DNA of 64,000 nt from Cenococcum geophilum (lineage: Eukaryota), in the NCBI GenBank assembly GCA_050273025.1, contig CP158635.1, positions 124,001 to 188,000 on the forward strand. Reading direction: 5' to 3'. The notes beneath the pieces are model-generated. The model was not told the DNA's origin and ran no database searches. It saw only the letters and a list, made by a program, of their open reading frames with translations. Positions 62,501 to 64,000 of this stretch are shown here, one piece after another. The translations under genes were made by a program, and so were the position numbers. Each line of letters opens with the position of its first letter. Position 1 is the stretch's first letter.

Positions 62501-64000
62501 TAGACACGACAATGTTAATAAAAAGGCAATTAACCACCTAACTAAGTACTGCTCCTTTTACCAGAAATACGGACGTTCCCTAGGCTAATTTAAGTTTACC
62601 CTTTATAAGGATCTTAATTTCAACTACTTAGTATATATAGACATTATGTATATTAACGGCAGCCTAGTATTATATATAATTAACAAGGCAACCCGCTATT
62701 AAGCCGCCCGTTAGTTATAAAATATATCTATAAAATATACTTAGGATATTTTACGGACCTACTAGATTAATATATACCTTAGACCTCCTAAGTATATTTC
62801 CTACAACGCTAGTAAGAACTTCATTAGCAAGGAATTTTAATAGTACGCTATGGCTATAGCTATTTTAACAAAAGCCGTTCTAGTTAAGGCGTACTAGTCT
62901 ATTAGGCTTATTAAGCGAGCTTACCTAGCTCTACGGAGAGCTTACTAGATTATTACGGATAAGTATAAGGACATTTAAAAGGAACTAGCTTTACAAATAG
63001 CCGTAAAAGCTATTAACAACACCGCTAGCCCTAATGAATTAGTACCTACCCTCTTGGTTTACGGAGCCTACCTAAAGATAAGTAACCTAGGCCCTTTTAC
63101 CCCATCTATTACAAAATAAGCAGCTATAATACGGAAGGCAATAGCCGAAATAGTTAAATTACGGGCTAAATAAGCTGTTAATAGCGCCTTATATTACCAT
63201 AACGGACCTAACACAACCTTAGTTCATGACCTCCCGCTTAATTCTAAAGTCTTTATATAGCGTAAGAGCGGCAACTAAACTGGACCTTATCGCTTACTAG
63301 CTATAGAAAACAAAACGTACTATATATAACTCCCTAGCGGACCGACTAGCTTTAGAAGCACGTCCGTAAAACCCTATTTTCGGCCTAAAAACACCTATAA
63401 TATCAAACCAGATAAACTAGAAGTACCCACCAAATTAAATAAATTAAAAGCACCCCTACCTACTCCGGAAGCCCCCTATAAACCCACTAAACCTACTAAA
63501 CCTACTATAAAGCGTGGCCGAGGATGCCCCTAAAAGCACCCTATAATAGAGAACCCTATAATAAAAAACCACCTAACCTTCGCAGGCACATCTGTAAGGC
63601 AATCTCCGCCTATAGATATATTAGTTCTAGTATAGGAAACCCCTTTTACAGACTTACGACGCAAAGAGATTAACGGACTTCTTAAGAAGGGCGTCTTTAC
63701 GGTTATAACGGAGAGAGACGTTCCACAAGACGTCCGCATATTTAACTTACACTTTATTAACAAAATTAAGCACCCTAGTACTGATAAAGCCTTTAAAAAG
63801 TTAAGGCTCGTTATACAAGCTTATAATGACTAGGGAAAGGACTTAGTTTTTACGCAATCATCCACAATTTAATAAGTTAGTTAATGGATTATACTTACAC
63901 TTACGCCTAGACTACAGTAAACTAAGCCCGTAGCCCTATACTTACGGGACATCTTATAAGCCTATATATAGTCTAATACCTACCTAAGTAGGGATATCTT
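53591..64000 (+). mobile_element. Copia-type element (putative 5' LTR ~53591-53872; gag, protease, integrase, start of RT), interrupted by Gypsy B and running off the window
   Basis: De-RIP KELANLAKLYTDESKYSGENDNFDFKL (~60850), DTGASKKSTVGYGQY (~62005), integrase (~62600-63080), SRRKEINGLL.KGVF (~63655). The LTR right end is inferred because the partner LTR is outside the window. Confidence 0.85.
54208..60187 (+). mobile_element. Full-length Gypsy family B element with chromodomain
   Basis: 227-bp LTRs at 54208-54434 and 59961-60187, TSD ACTAC. RT AYLDDI ~57340, integrase TDGQTE ~58950, chromodomain ~59570-59700, PPT ~59947-59957. Confidence 0.95.

Overview
Fungal (Pezizomycotina-type) AT-rich block of nested transposons degraded by repeat-induced point mutation (RIP): C>T/G>A changes, strong TpA excess, Trp/Gln codons turned into stops. 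It surrounds one GC-balanced island (~42.2-46.9 kb) carrying two intact, divergently transcribed genes of unknown function: a 316-aa Cys-rich protein with 3 predicted TM segments and a 763-aa protein. LTR pairs and target-site duplications (TSDs) resolve four Gypsy families, three Copia-type elements, a TRIM, a TIR element, a Crypton-like fragment and a RIP-killed 42-aa TPR array. Main finding: two non-autonomous TPRT-type retroposons (2.4 kb and 1.0 kb) share a ~650-bp 3' region and tail, yet each starts exactly at its TSD-defined 5' end with a different HDV/CPEB3-like ribozyme fold, recognisable after reverting RIP changes. Also notable: a palindrome-containing module shared by the 3' UTRs of unrelated Gypsy and Copia elements, and an inversion breakpoint at an LTR. 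All protein motifs in repeats are manual de-RIP readings; no searches were run.
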